From contig JAWMAR010000755.1 of assembly GCA_036785375.1 (NCBI GenBank), positions 558,001 to 622,000 on the forward strand: DNA of 64,000 nucleotides. The letters run 5' to 3'. The first letter of the stretch is position 1, and the number at the start of each line of letters is the position of its first letter. The stretch is from Leucoraja ocellata. Taxonomy: Eukaryota. Shown here piece after piece: positions 25,701 through 38,949 of this stretch. Under the pieces are notes generated by a model, which saw only the letters and a program-made list of their open reading frames with translations, was not told where the DNA came from and did no database searches. Both the position numbers and the translations under genes were made by a program.

Positions 25701-27177
25701 CATAGAAACATAGAAACATAGAAATTAGGTGCAGGAGTAGGCCATTCGGCCCTTCGAGCCTGCACCGCCATTCAATATGATCATGGCTGATCATCCAACT
25801 CAGTATCCCGTACCTGCCTTCTCTCCATACCCTCTGATCCCCTTAGTCACAAGGGCCACATCTAACTCCCTCTTAAATATAGCCAATGAACTGGCCTCGA
25901 CTACCCTCTGCGGCAGAGAGTTCCAGAGACTCACCACTCTCTGTGTGAAAAAAGTTCTTCTCATCTCGATTTTAAAGGATTTCCCCCTTATCCTTAAGCT
26001 GTGACCCCTTGTCCTGGATTTCCCCAACACCGGGAGCAATCTTCCTGCATCTAGCCTGTCCAACCCCTTAAGAATTTTGTAAGTTTCTATAAGATCCCCT
26101 CTCAATCTCCAACATTCTAGAGAGTATAAACCAAGTCTATCCAGTCTTTCTTCATAAGACAGTCCTGACATCCCAGGAATCAGTCTGGTGAACCTTCTCT
26201 GCATTCCCTCTATGGCAATAATGTCCTTCCTCAGATTTGGAGACCAAAACTGTACGCAATACTCCAGGTGTGGTCTCACCAAGACCCTGTACAACTGCAG
26301 TAGAACCTCCCTGCTCTTATACTCAAATCCTTTTGCTATGAAAGCTAACATACCATTCGCTTTCTTCACTGCCTGCTGCACCTGCATGCCTACTTTCAAT
26401 GACTGGTGTACCATGACACCCAGGTCTCGCTGCATCTCCCCCTTTCCCAATCGGCCACCATTTAGATAATAGTCTGCTTTCCTATTTTTGCCACCAAAAT
26501 GGATAACCTCACATTTATCCACATTATACTGCATCTGCCAAACATTTGCCCACTCACCCAGCCTATCCAAGTCACCCTGCAGTCTCCTAGCATCCTCCTC
26601 ACAGCTAACACTGCCCCCCAGCTTAGTGTCATCCGCAAACTTGGAGATATTGCCTTCAATTCCCTCATCCAGATCATTAATATATATTGTAAATAGCTGG
26701 GGTCCCAGCACTGAGCCTTGCGGTACCCCACTAGTCACTGCCTGCCATTGTAAAAAGGACCCGTTTACTCCTACTCTTTGCTTCCTGTTTGCCAGCCAGT
26801 TCTCTATCCACATCAATACTGAACCCCCAATGCCGTGTACTTTAAGTTTGTATACTAATCTCTTATGTGGGACCTTGTCGAAAGCCTTCTGGAAGTCCAG
26901 TACACCACATCCACTGGTTCTCCCCTATCCACGCTACTAGTTACATCCTCGAAAAATTCTATAAGATTCGTCAGACATGATTTACCTTTCGTAAATCCAT
27001 GCTGACTTTGTCCAATGATTTCACCACTTTCCAAATGTGCTGCTATCCCATCTTTAATAACTGACTCTAGCAGTTTCCCCACTACCGATGTTAAACTAAC
27101 TGGTCTGAAATTCCCCGTTTTCTCTCTCCCTCCCTTCTTAAAAAGTGGGGTTACGTTTGCTACCCGCCAATCCTCAG
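25701..27177 (-). mobile_element. 5'-truncated CR1
   Basis: ORFs 25800-26816 (FADD) and 26855-27184. Confidence 0.92.
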
Positions 27178-27184
27178 TCGTCAT

Positions 27185-27645
27185 GGGCCCCAGTATCGGG
27201 CCCGTGTCTCCCTCCAGAGTTACTACCTTAGGAGACAGATGTTAGAGTTAGATGTTTTGCCACAAAAGTGGAAGGAAGTGGAAGCAGTAATATGGCGTGG
27301 AAAGGCTTCTTCTGCACCGGGACCGAATGGAGTCCCTTACCGGGTACATAAAAGTGCACCTGATGTGCTTAGATTCTCGCAGAGGCTCTGTCCAATAGTT
27401 TGGTAGAAGCAGGTCATACCAAGGGTTTGGCATAGAGCAGGGGGAATGTTCATTCCCTAGAAGAAAGAGTCTCCAGAGTTAAATCAGTTTAGGCTGTTTG
27501 TCTCCTAAATGTAGATGGTAAGATTTTCTTTAGCATAGTGGCACAGAGGCTAGCAAGTTATATAGAAAGGAACAGGTTAATTGATCCCACAGTGCAGAAA
27601 GCAGGTATACCAGGGTTCGCAGGTTACTTTGAACACATTAGTTAA
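27185..27645 (+). mobile_element. HERO/NeSL-like (restriction-like endonuclease class) non-LTR RT remnant
   Basis: Manual translation: SSAPGPNGVPYRV...LLNVDGKIFFSIVAQRL...VQKAGIPGF, broken by stops. Confidence 0.6.
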
Positions 27646-27651
27646 ATATAA

Positions 27652-28945
27652 AAACATAGAAAATAGGTGCAGGCGGAGGTCGTTTGGCCTATCGAGCACA
27701 AACCGTCATTCAATGTGATCGTCCAAAATCATTACCCCGTTCTTGCTTTCTCCCCATATCCCTTGATTCCATTAGCCCCAAGCACTATATCTAGCTCTCT
27801 CTTGAAAACATCCAGTGAATTGGCCTCCACTGCCTTCTGAGGCAGAGAATTCCACAAATTCACAACTCTCTTGCTAAAAAAAAGGTTTTCCTCATCTCAG
27901 TACTAAATGGCCTAATCCTTATTCTTAAACCGTGACCCATAGGTCTGAACCCCCAATATCAGGAACATTTTTCCTGCATCCAGCCTGTCCAAACCCTTAA
28001 GAATTATATATCTTTCTATAAGATCTCCTCTCATCCATCTTAATCCCTTCATTTAAGCCCAGTCGACCTATTCTTTCATCATATGTCTGTCCAGACATCC
28101 CGGGAATTAACCCTGTGAACCTACGCTGTGCTCATTCATTGACACGGATGTCCTTCCGCAAATTAGGAGACCAAAATTGAACCAGATGCTCAGGTGTGTT
28201 CTCACCAGAGCCCTGTACAACCCACTACCAATGTCAGGCTAACTGGTCTATAATTCCCTGTTTTCTCTTTCCCCTCTTTCTTAAAAGGTGGGGTTACATT
28301 AGGTACCCTCCAGTTCACTGGAACTAATCAAATGTCTATAGAACATTGGAAAATGATTACCAATACATGCGCGATTTCGAGGGCCACCTCCTTGTGTTGT
28401 TTCGGATGCAGACCATCAGGCCCTGGGGATTTACATGTCTTCTGTCCCAACAGTTTACCTAACAACATTTCCTGAATCATGTGGATTCCCTTCACTTCCT
28501 CCCTCCCACTAGATCCTCGGTCCCCTTGTACTTCTGGAAGACTGTTTGTGTCTTCCTTAGTGAAGACAGAACCAAAGTATTTGTGTAACTGGTCTGCCAA
28601 TTTCTTGTTTCCCAGTATAAATTAACCTGTTTCTGACTGTAAGGGGCCTATATTTGTCTTCACTAATATTTCCCCCGCAAGTTTCCTTTCATGCTCTATT
28701 TACCCCCACTTAATTCATCCATTTGTCCTCCTCTGTTAAATATTACATTTAAATTTCTCCCAGTTTGTTGCTTTATCTGGCCAATTTATATGCCTGGATT
28801 TAATATTCCCTAATTTCCATTATTTGCCACGGTTGAGCCGCCTTCCCTGTTTTATTTTTACACCTGACGGGTGAACAATTGGTGCAATTCATCCATAGGA
28901 TCTTTAAATGTTTGCCATTGCATATCTATCATCAAGCCTTTAAGT
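27652..28945 (-). mobile_element. Old degraded CR1
   Basis: Diverged 3' end plus ORF 28328-28600 (KSPGPDGLHP). Confidence 0.8.
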
Positions 28946-28949
28946 ATCA

Positions 28950-29675
28950 TTTCAATTCAATTCAATTCAATTCAACTTTAATGTCATTGCACAAATACGA
29001 GTATGGGTACAACGAAATGCAGTTTAGCGTCAGTCCATAGTATAGTGCAATATAGAAATAAAAATAAAAATACAGAATAATCAAACAATAATCGAAATCG
29101 AACGGTGTGGACGGAGAGAGACTGGAGAAATCTATCGGCGGGACTCCGAGTTCAGCAATGTGATTGTATTATCGTAGAAGCTGTTCCTCATCCTACTGGT
29201 ACGAGACCTGAGGCTCCTGTACCGCCTCCCTGATGGGAGGAGGGCAAACAGTCCATGGTTGGGGTGGGAGGGGTCTTTGATGATCTTCCCGGCCCGTCTC
29301 AGACACCGTTTTCGATGGAGGGCATCCATGGCAGGGAGCGGGGCACCGATGATGTACTGCGTGGTTTTCACCACCCGTTGTAGTGCCTTCCTGTCCGCTA
29401 CGGTGCAACTGCTGTACCATACCGTGAAGCAAGTGGTCAGGATGCTTTTGATGGTACAGCGGTAAAAGTTGGTCAGGATCTGGGGGGACAGGTGAGCTTT
29501 CTTGAGCCTCCTCAGGAAGTAAAGGCGCTGCTGTGCCTTTTTGATCAGCTTGGAGGTGTTGAGGGACCAGGACAGATCCTCCGAGATGTGTACCCCGAGG
29601 AATTTGTAGTTGGAGACGCGCTCCACCTCAGTCCCGTTTATATGGATGGGGGTATGTCTGCCCCCTCTGACCTTC
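28950..29675 (-). mobile_element. Rex1/Babar-like LINE 3' part
   Basis: ORF 29132-29626; (TTCAA)n tail at ~28950-28975. Confidence 0.8.
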
Positions 29676-29839
29676 CTGAATTCAGTTTATCCTAGCAAAT
29701 TCCCGTATCATACCATCAAAAGCCAATACGCGTCTCACACCGTCAAAATCTGATTCAGTATGAACACAGTTATGAATAGTTATGGCACTAGATTCAGACT
29801 GCCAAGCTCAAGAGAAGAGGTTTGCATGGCCTTTCTACC

Positions 29840-32290
29840 AAGAAGATTTGAGTATAGGAACAAAGAGGTCCTTCTGCAGTTGTACAGGGCCCTAGTCAGA
29901 CCACACCTGGAGTATTGTGTACAGTTTTGGTCCCCTAATTTGAGGAAGGACATTCTTGCTATTCAGAGAGTGCAGCTTTATGAGGTAGCGCAGCGCTAAT
30001 GTTATCCCACTTTTCAAGAAAGGAGCGAGAGAGAAAACGGGGAATTACAGGCCAGTTAGCCTGACTTCGATGATGGAAGAGATGCTGGAGTCAATTATTA
30101 AAGAGGTGATAATGGGGCATTTGGATAACAGTAAAAGGATTAGTCCAAGTCAACATGGATTTATGAAAGGGAAATCATGCTTGACTAATCTTCTGGAATT
30201 TTTTGAAGATGTGACAAGTAAAATGGATGAAGGGGTGCCAGTGGATGTAGTGTATCTAGACTTTCAGAAAGCCTTTGATAAGGTCCCGCACGGGAGACTG
30301 GTGACCAAAATTAGAACACATGGTATTGGGGGTAGGGTGTTGACATGGATAGAAAATTGGTTGGCAGACCAGAAGCAAATAGTAGAAGTGAACGGGTCCT
30401 TTTCAGAATGGCAGGCAGTGGTGAGTGGAGTGCCGCAAGGCTCGGTGTTGGGGCCGCAACTGTTTACCATATATATATTCATGATTTGGAAGAGGGAATT
30501 AGGAGCAACACTAGCAAGTTTGCGGATGACACAAAGCTCGGTGGCAGTGTGAACTGTGAAGTGGATGTTAGGAGGTTGCAGGGTGACCTGGACAGGTTGA
30601 GTGAGTGGGCCTTCCGGTAGGCGGCGCGGCTCTGGCCAGCAGCGGCCTCTGCAGCCTGTCCGCGTTTTTATTATTTTTTGTCTGTGTTTTTATGTAGTTT
30701 TTGTTATTTTATGTTGGGGTGTGTGTGTGGGGGGGCGGGGGTGGGGTGGGAGGGGGGGGGGAAACTTTTTGAATCTCCCCCTGCACTGGAGACCCGACCT
30801 TTTCTCGTCGGGTCTCAGGTGTCGTTGAGGCCGCAACGAGGAGCGGCCTCCAACAGGAGGAAGCCGGGGACTCTGGTGCCGACTCACCGAGTCCGGAGCG
30901 GTGGAGGAGCGTTGCTGCTGCTGATGCTGTTGCTGTTGCTGCTGCTGATGCTACCGGAGAGTCGGAGGCTGCTGCTGCGGGTCTGCGGACGACGGCACCG
31001 GGAGCCCACAGCTCCCTGGGGGGAGACCGCTTTTCGGGGCTCTGCAACGGCGACTTCTCCCGCCCGAGTTGCGGGGTTGAAGAGCTCCTGGAGCGGGGCC
31101 TGACATCACCGCCCCGTGCGGCTGGAATGGCCGCGGACTCTGCGAGCGCACGCCGGGGGCTCTAACATCAAGACCCGGTGTGCGACCTCGCACCACCCGG
31201 CGTGGCTTTAATGGCCGCGGGACAATCGCCATCGCCAGCCGGGGGCTATGACTTTGACTCTGACACCGGGGGGGGGAGAGTGCAGTGGAGAGATAAGTTT
31301 TTTTGGCCTCCATCACAGCGATGTGATGGATGTTTATGTTAAATGTAATTATGTTGTGTCTTGGGTCTATTTGTGTGTAAAGTATGGCTGCAGAAACGGC
31401 ATTTCGTTTGGACCTCCAGGGGTCCAAATGACAATTAAATTGACTCTGACTCTGACTCTGACAGATGCGTGGCAGATGCACTATAATATAGATAATGTGA
31501 GGTTATCCACTTTGGCGGCAAAAACAAGGGGGCAGATTATTATCTCAATGGGGTTAGGTTAGATAAGGGGGAGGTGCAGCGAGACCTGGGTGTCCTTGTA
31601 CACCGGTCACTGAAAGTTGGCTTACAGGTACAGCAGGCAGTGAAGAAAGCTAATGGAATGTTGTCCTTCATAACAAGAGGATTTCAGTATAGTAGTAAAG
31701 AGGTTCTTCTGCAGCTGTATAGGGCTCTGGTGAGACCACATCTGGAGTATTGTGTACAGTTTTGGTCTCCTAATTTGAGGAATAACATTCTTGTGATTGA
31801 GGCAGTGCAACGTAGGTTCACGAGATTGATCCCTGGGATGGCGGGACTGTCATATGAGGAAAGATTGAAAAGACTAGGCTTGTATTCACTGGAGTTTAGA
31901 AGGATGAGGGGGATTCTTATAGAAACATATAAAATTATAAAAGGACTGGACAAGCTAGATGCAGGAAAAATGTTCCCAATGTTGGGCGAGTCCAGAACCA
32001 GGGGCCACAGTCTTAGAATAAAGGGGAGGCCATTTAAGACTGAGGTGAGAAAAAACTTTTTCACCCAGAGAGTTGTGAATTTGTGGAATTCCCTGCCACA
32101 GAGGGCAGTGGAGGCCAAGTCACTGGATGGATTTAAGAGAGAGTTAGATAGAGCTCTAGGGGCTGGTGGAGTCAAGGGATATGGGGAGAAGGCAGGCACG
32201 GGTTATTGATTGGGGACGATCAGCCATGATCACAATGAATGGCGGTGCTGGCTCGAAGGGCCGAATGGCCTCCTCCTGCACCTATTTTCT
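29840..32290 (+). mobile_element. Rearranged CR1, interrupted at 30610/31463
   Basis: ORFs 30070-30620 and 31574-32209. Confidence 0.88.
30611..31462 (+). mobile_element. ~850-bp GC-rich non-autonomous retroposon, copy A
   Basis: Splits host CR1 GAGTGGGC|AGATGCGTGG; (TGACTC)n tail; homologous to 56264-57114. Confidence 0.85.
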
Positions 32291-33548
32291 ATGTGTCTAT
32301 GTCTCTATGTTTCTATGTTTCTATGTGTCTATGTGTCTATGTGTCTATGTGTCTATGTCTCTATATGTCTATGTCTCTATGTCTCTATGTCTCTATGTCT
32401 CTATGTGTCTATGTGTCTATGTCTCTATGTGTCTATGTCTCTATGTCTCTATGTCTCTATGTGTCTATGTGTCTATGTCTCTGTCTCTATGTTTCTATGT
32501 GTCTATGTGTCTATGTCTCTATGTGTCTATGTGTCTATGTCTCTATGTGTCTATGTCTCTATGTCTCTATGTCTCTATGTCTCTATGTGTCTATGTGTCT
32601 ATGTCTCTATGTGTCTATGTCTCTATGTCTCTATGTCTCTATGTGTCTATGTGTCTATGTCTCTGTCTCTATGTTTCTATGTGTCTATGTGTCTATGTCT
32701 CTATGTGTCTATGTGTCTATGTGTCTATGTCTCTATGTGTCTATGTCTCTATGTCTCTATGTCTCTATGTGTCTCTGTGTCTCTATGTGTCTATGTCTCT
32801 ATGTGTCTATGTCTCTATGTCTCTATGTGTCTCTGTGTCTCTATGTGTCTATGTCTCTATGTGTCTATGTCTCTATGTCTCTATGTCTCTATGTCTCTAT
32901 GTGTCTCTGTGTCTCTGTGTCTCTATGTGTCTATGTCTCTATGTGTCTATGTCTCTATGTCTCTATGTCTCTATGTCTCTATGTGTCTATGTGTCTATGT
33001 CTCTATGTGTCTATGTCTCTATGTCTCTATGTGTCTCTGTGTCTCTATGTCTCTATGTCTCTATGTGTCTCTATGTGTCTATGTGTCTATGTGTCTATGT
33101 GTCTATGTCTCTATGTGTCTATGTCTCTATGTCTCTATGTGTCTATGTGTCTATGTCTCTATGTGTCTATGTCTCTATGTCTCTATGTCTCTATGTGTCT
33201 CTGTGTCTCTATGTGTCTATGTCTCTATGTGTCTCTGTGTCTATGACTCTATGTGTCTATGTCTCTATGTCTCTATGTCTCTATGTGTCTATGTGTCTCT
33301 GTGTTTCTATGTGTCTATGTGTCTGTGTCTATGTCTCTATGTGTCTATGTCTCTATGTGTCTATGTGTCTATGTGTCTATGTGTCTCTGTGCCTATGTCT
33401 CTATGTCTCTATGTTTCTATGTGTCTATGTGTCTATGTCTCTATGTCTCTGTGTCTCTATGTGTCTATGTGTCTATGTGTCTCTGTGCCTATGTCTCTAT
33501 GTCTCTATGTGTCTATGTTTCTATGTCTCTATGTTTCTATGTTTCTAT
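32286..33548 (+). repeat. 8-bp-unit satellite (TCTATGT[G/C/T])n expanded from a CR1 tail
   Basis: ~1.26 kb contiguous with the CR1 3' UTR. Confidence 0.95.
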
Positions 33549-33621
33549 AGCCACCTGGTCGCAAGGGGGCCCTCCCCCTTGCGACCAGGTGGCTATAGAA
33601 ACATAGAAACAGGGGGGGGGG

Positions 33622-35600
33622 GGGTGGTCTTCCTCGCCACCACGTCGTTCTGTGCATCAAACCGGGCGTAGAACATGTTCAGCGCATCAGGCAGAGATAC
33701 ATCGCTGTCACAGGCTGGTGTTGATGTCCTGAAGTTGGTGATGGCTTGGATGCCTTGCCACAGCTTCAGTGTGTCCCTGCTGTCACTGAAGTGGCCGTGG
33801 ATTTTCCTTGCATGCGCTCGCTTTGCTTCCCTGATGGCCCGGGACAGTTTGGCCCTCACTGTTCTCAGGGACTCCTTATCGCCTGCTCTGAAGGCCGTGT
33901 CTCGGGCTCTCAGCAGCGCACGTACCTCTGCAGTCATCCATGGTTTACTGTTGGGGACGTGTGGTGATGAGCTCAGTGACAGTAATGTCATCAATGTATT
34001 TACTGATGTAACCAGTCACTGATGCCGTGTACTCCTCCAAGCCAGTGGTGCCTCCCTAAACATGTGCCAGTCAATGCAGTCCTGGAGAGCAGAGATGGCT
34101 CCTGCTGGCCAGGTCTTCACCTGTTTTTTAGCTGGTCTGGAGCATCTGACAAGCAGTCTGTATGCTGGGATCAGCATGACAGAGATGTGGTCTGAGTATC
34201 CGAGATGGGGGCGTGACTACACCCTGTACGCGCTGGGCATATTGGTGTAAACAAGATCTAGCACCTTCTCCACTCTCGTTGCAAAGTCCACATGTTGGTA
34301 ACATTTAGGAAACACAGTTTTGAGATTTGCACGGTTGAAATCTCCTGCGGCAATAAACAGTCCTTCTGGGTGTGTGTATTGTAGATTGCATAAAGCTCCA
34401 TACAGTACAGTACAGCTAGTGGTTCCTTAGCATTAGCACTGGGGGGGATGTGAACAGCAACAATGAGCACTGTGGTAAACTCCCGTGGCAAATAAAAAGG
34501 TCTACATCTCACAATCGCATTCTCCACCAGCAATGAACAGAACTTGGAGACTAAGACAGAGTTGTTGCACCAGTCAGTGTTGATGTAAACACACAGGCCA
34601 CCACCTCGAGTCTTACCGCGCAACTTCCTTATCAATTCTTCCCTTCCCTCCCGCACCACCCCCTCCCCGGGCACTTTCCGTTGCAACCGCAAGAAATGCA
34701 ACACCTGTCCCTTCACCTCCCCCCTCGACTCCATTCAAGGACCCAAGCAATCGTTCCAGGTGCAACAGAGGTTCACCTGTATCTCCTCCAACCTCATCTA
34801 CTGCATCCGCTGCTCTAGGTGACAGCTGATTTACATCGGGGAGACTAAACGTAGGTTGGGCGATCGTTTCGCCCAACACCTCCGCTCAGTCCGCAATAAC
34901 CAACCTGACCTCCCGGTGGCTCAGCACTTCAACTCCCCTTCCCATTCCCAATCCGACCTCTCTGTCCTGGGTCTCCTCCATTGCCAGAGTGAGCAACACC
35001 AGAAATTGGAGGAACAGCACCTCATATTCCGCCTGGGTTGCTTGCGTCTGGATGGCATGAACGTTGAATTCTCCCAGTTTTGCTAGCCCATGCAGTCTCC
35101 TCCCCTTCCTTAACCCTCGAGCTGTCTCCTCCCATCCCCCCGCCCTTGGGCTCTTCCTCCTCCCTTTATCCTTCCTTCTCTCCCCCACCCCCCATCAGTC
35201 TGAAGAAGGGTTTCAGCCTGAAACGTCGCCTATTTCCTTCGCTCCATAGATGCTGCTGCACCCGCTGAGTTTCTCCAGCATTTTTGTGTACCTGTGATGG
35301 GTCTCTGTCGGCTCGGTGCGAGACTAGCCCGGCTAGCTGAATGGCCACGTCCGGGACTCGATCGTTGAGCCATGTCTCAGTAAAACACAGACACAGCAGT
35401 CCCTAGTCTCTCGCTGTGTACTCCTCTGTAGTTGGATGTTGTCCAGTTTGTTTTCCAGGAAGCGGACGTTGGAGAGTAGGATAGATGGGAGAGCTGGCCG
35501 GCCAGCTAGCATTATCTCTCAGCCTAGCACGGACACCCTCTCTCTTGCCCAGTTTCTGCCTCCTCTTTGCCTGCCCAACCTGGCCCTGAGCTCAGGCCCT
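33622..35600 (-). mobile_element. Rex1/Babar-like LINE endonuclease region, split by a Penelope insertion
   Basis: [28 protein letters not shown]. Confidence 0.75.
34618..35292 (+). mobile_element. Penelope-like element 3' part (GIY-YIG domain + terminus)
   Basis: NLIYCIRC..IYIGETKRRLGDRFAQH...LEEQHLIFRLG; CTGAAGA...GAAACGTC terminus. Confidence 0.85.
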
Positions 35601-38600
35601 TCGAATCCTTGTCGTTAAAAGTATTGCTGTGAGATTAAGGGTGTGATGAAGATGGTGGGAGATTTTGAATCATTAGTGGTGTATTAATTTGAATTGTCTG
35701 ACTTTGTCAATCTGTCAGGACCTGAACTGTATGGAGATGGGATGCAGGTAAGGACCTTTTTAGAACCACCTCTGGTTTCAGACCGATAAATGTTTGGAGG
35801 AGAAAGTATTTTCCTGATTATTGTTGGTTTAAAATACTAGAATTCACGGTGCTGGAATCATGAGGGAGAAAAAAGTCTGCTGGAGTAAACCAGTGGGTCA
35901 GGCAACATCTGGAAGGAATGGACCAATGAAGTATCAGGTCAGAAGCCTTCAGCTTGATGGAGTAAAGGGAGAAAGCTGGAAATGTGAGGTGGGGCAATAG
36001 TCTAGCAAGTGATGGCTGGATGCAGGTGGGGGGGGGAGAGGAAATTGCCAGATGGGTGGAACACCAAAACATCAAGTACTGCCCAGGTGAGGTCAGCCAC
36101 GTGATTTTACCAGGTTGTATGGAAAACAAAGCATTTCATTGTTTCACATGGTACATGTGACAAAAAATAATTGAATCAGTAAGTAACAAAGGCTAAAGGT
36201 GTAAAAGTCAAAGTCAATTGTATTCGTTAGATGCACCCAAAGGTGCAGTGAAATAAATTTGCCAGCAGCGATACACTTAAAAAGAACACACAATACACAA
36301 TAGAATTTAACACAAAACATCCAGCACAGCATTCTTCACTGTGGCGAAAGGCAACAAGGTTCAGTCAGTCCTCCTCCTTTGTTCATCCGTGGTCGGGGCC
36401 ATGAACCCTCTGTCATCGCCGCTATGATTTATGAATATCTCAGAAGGAGAAAGCAAGGTGTGAACTGTAAACCTGGTAGAAGGAATATGAGTGCAATGGG
36501 ATAGGATGTGGAAAAGGGATGAATGCACTGAGGACTCTCCCTTTCCCCGCATCACCCATTCACCCGGCACCTTCCCCTCTTTCCACACTCATCTCCCATC
36601 CCTGACATTCATCTTTGCCTCTTTACCCTTCGACCCATATCCCGCCCTCCAGCTTCACATCTCTCTGTCTCCTCATCTAAACCTTTTGTCTCCTCTTCAC
36701 CTCTCGCCTTTGTCATTGCTCCAAGTGCCAATTGCTTGTATTTATTGTCTGAAGGACAGCCTCTACCTGAAACATCACCCATTCCTTCTCTCCCAAGATG
36801 CTGCCCGTCTCACTGAATTACTCCAGCATTTGTGTCTATCCACATCACTTGCCAGCTTTTGTCCTGCTCCCACATCTTTCCAGATTTCTCCACTACTCTC
36901 TCAGTCTGAAGGATCCCAAACTGAAACATCTGTCCGGCAGATGGTGCCTGACCAACTGTGTACATCCAGCATTCTTTGTAGACTTCTTTATATTCCCTAA
37001 AGTAATTCTAGTTGGTTCCTGTTGCAGTGAAAGTAGTTTAGTGTTCATGACACTTGTTTTAAGTGTCAATACAAATTAAGTAATCCTGCATTCCATTCAC
37101 CATACTGTTTTTTTTGGAATAGGTCTAAATCTATTTGGTTTAGTATGTTTGTGTCAGTGTTGCCAGAATACATCTCCTCTCCCCTCTGCTCTTTTCTGAA
37201 GGTGTGACCAAATTGTGTTCATTTCCACGAAGGATCTCCAAAGACTGGAATCTCTGCTTTTTATTTTAATATTTATTTTATTAGAAGCAATTGTACAAGG
37301 AGAAAGTCATCGACATAACAATTATAAAATGTTCGTAAGCTTCAATTTTAACATTTTATGAACTAAAAACTAAATCGGAAAAAAGAAAAATGAAAAGAAA
37401 GGAAAGGAAGAAGAAAAGAAAAAGAAAAGAAAGAATTTTGTAAAAGACACGAAAGATAAAAAAGAAAAACCTCTGAAACAACGAAAAAGTGAAAAAAGTG
37501 GAGATTTATCCCACTATCCTTCCCTACGCCCGATCACCCGACCCTAGCGTCGGTTTTCAATGGAAGGAGGTTTTCAGGTGTAAGGGGACGGGAGGGGATA
37601 AAAGGAAATGAGATTTGGAGATGGGAATGAGCGTATTGATTAAGGGAAACCCCCTCTTTCCCTGCACTCCCCACCCTGGTGTGCACCTCACTCAACGGTC
37701 TCCCTACCCCTTCCCCTCCTCTGTATACTCATCCCTGTCCCACATTCCCCTCTTTCCCCGATCCTTCCCCCTGGCTTTGCATGACACCTCTCTTCCCCTT
37801 GTTTGACACTCGTCTCCTCTTCACCTCTAGCCTTTGTCAGTACTCCACAATCTGCTAATCAGCCCCCAACTGTATCCAGAATCACTCACCAGGCTCTGCC
37901 CTGCTCTCGTCTCTTTCCAGCTTTCTCCCAAATACATCAGTCTGAATCAGCATCAGAGAATCAGAATGCTGTTTATTGTCATTGAAACATAGGTTCAAAC
38001 AAAATTACTTTCCTGCAGTCATAACAACAACAAAAAAACACACAATGAACACAATTCCACACAAACATCCATCACAGTGAATCTCCAAATACCTCCTCAC
38101 TGTGATGGAAGGCAAAAGTCTTATCTCTTGCCCACAGTCAAGCAGTCAAACTGCTGCATCGAGCTGATCGAGGCGCTTGATGTTAGAGGCCCCGGTGGGT
38201 AATGGTAAGTCCTGCGGCTGTTTAAGCCGCGCCAGGTGATGTAAGGCCCCGCTCCGGGTCGATTTATACCCCTCGATTCGGGCGGTCAAAGTTTGCCGTT
38301 GTGGATGATTAGCCATGATCACAGTGAATGGCGGTGCTGGCTCGAAGGGCCGAATGGCCTACTCCTGCACCCATTGTCTATTGTCTCAGGATCTAGTCTT
38401 TATGGAGATGACGTTAAGGTAAGGCCGCTGTTTTATAACCCTCTCTTGGGTTTCAGTGTTTGTGGAAAGATTGGGCAGCACAGTGGTAGAGTTGCTGCCT
38501 CACAGCACCAGATACCTGGGTTTGAAACTGACACCATGTGTTATCCGTACAGAGTTTGAATACTCTTCCTGTGACCAAGTGTGTTTTCCACATATGTTCT

Positions 38601-38949
38601 GGGGTCCTCCCATACTCCAAAGATATCCAGATTTATAGTTTAATTGGTATTTCCTAATTGGCATTAGGTATTTCCTAACATATTTCATTTGAGATTCTTT
38701 CAATTCAGTGTTCTGGAATCTTGTACAAAAACAATAAACAATAGGTGCAGGAATCGGCCATTCAGTCCGTCGAGCCAGCACCGCCATTCAATGTGATCAT
38801 GGCTGATCATCCCCAATCAGTACCCTGTTCCTGCCTTCTCCCCATATCCCCTGACTTCTATTTTTAAGAGCCCTATCCTGCTCTCTCTTGAAAGCATCTA
38901 GAGAACCTGCCTCCACCGTTCTCTGAGGCAGAGAATTCCACAGACGTGG

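Noticed and set aside
30601-31562. GC-rich overlapping ORFs with poly-Leu or poly-Ala
   Set aside because: Frames are not conserved between the two retroposon copies; they derive from the CTG tract
32166-33671. Long ORFs of 335-501 aa (CLYVSM repeats)
   Set aside because: Translation of the 8-bp satellite; not a gene
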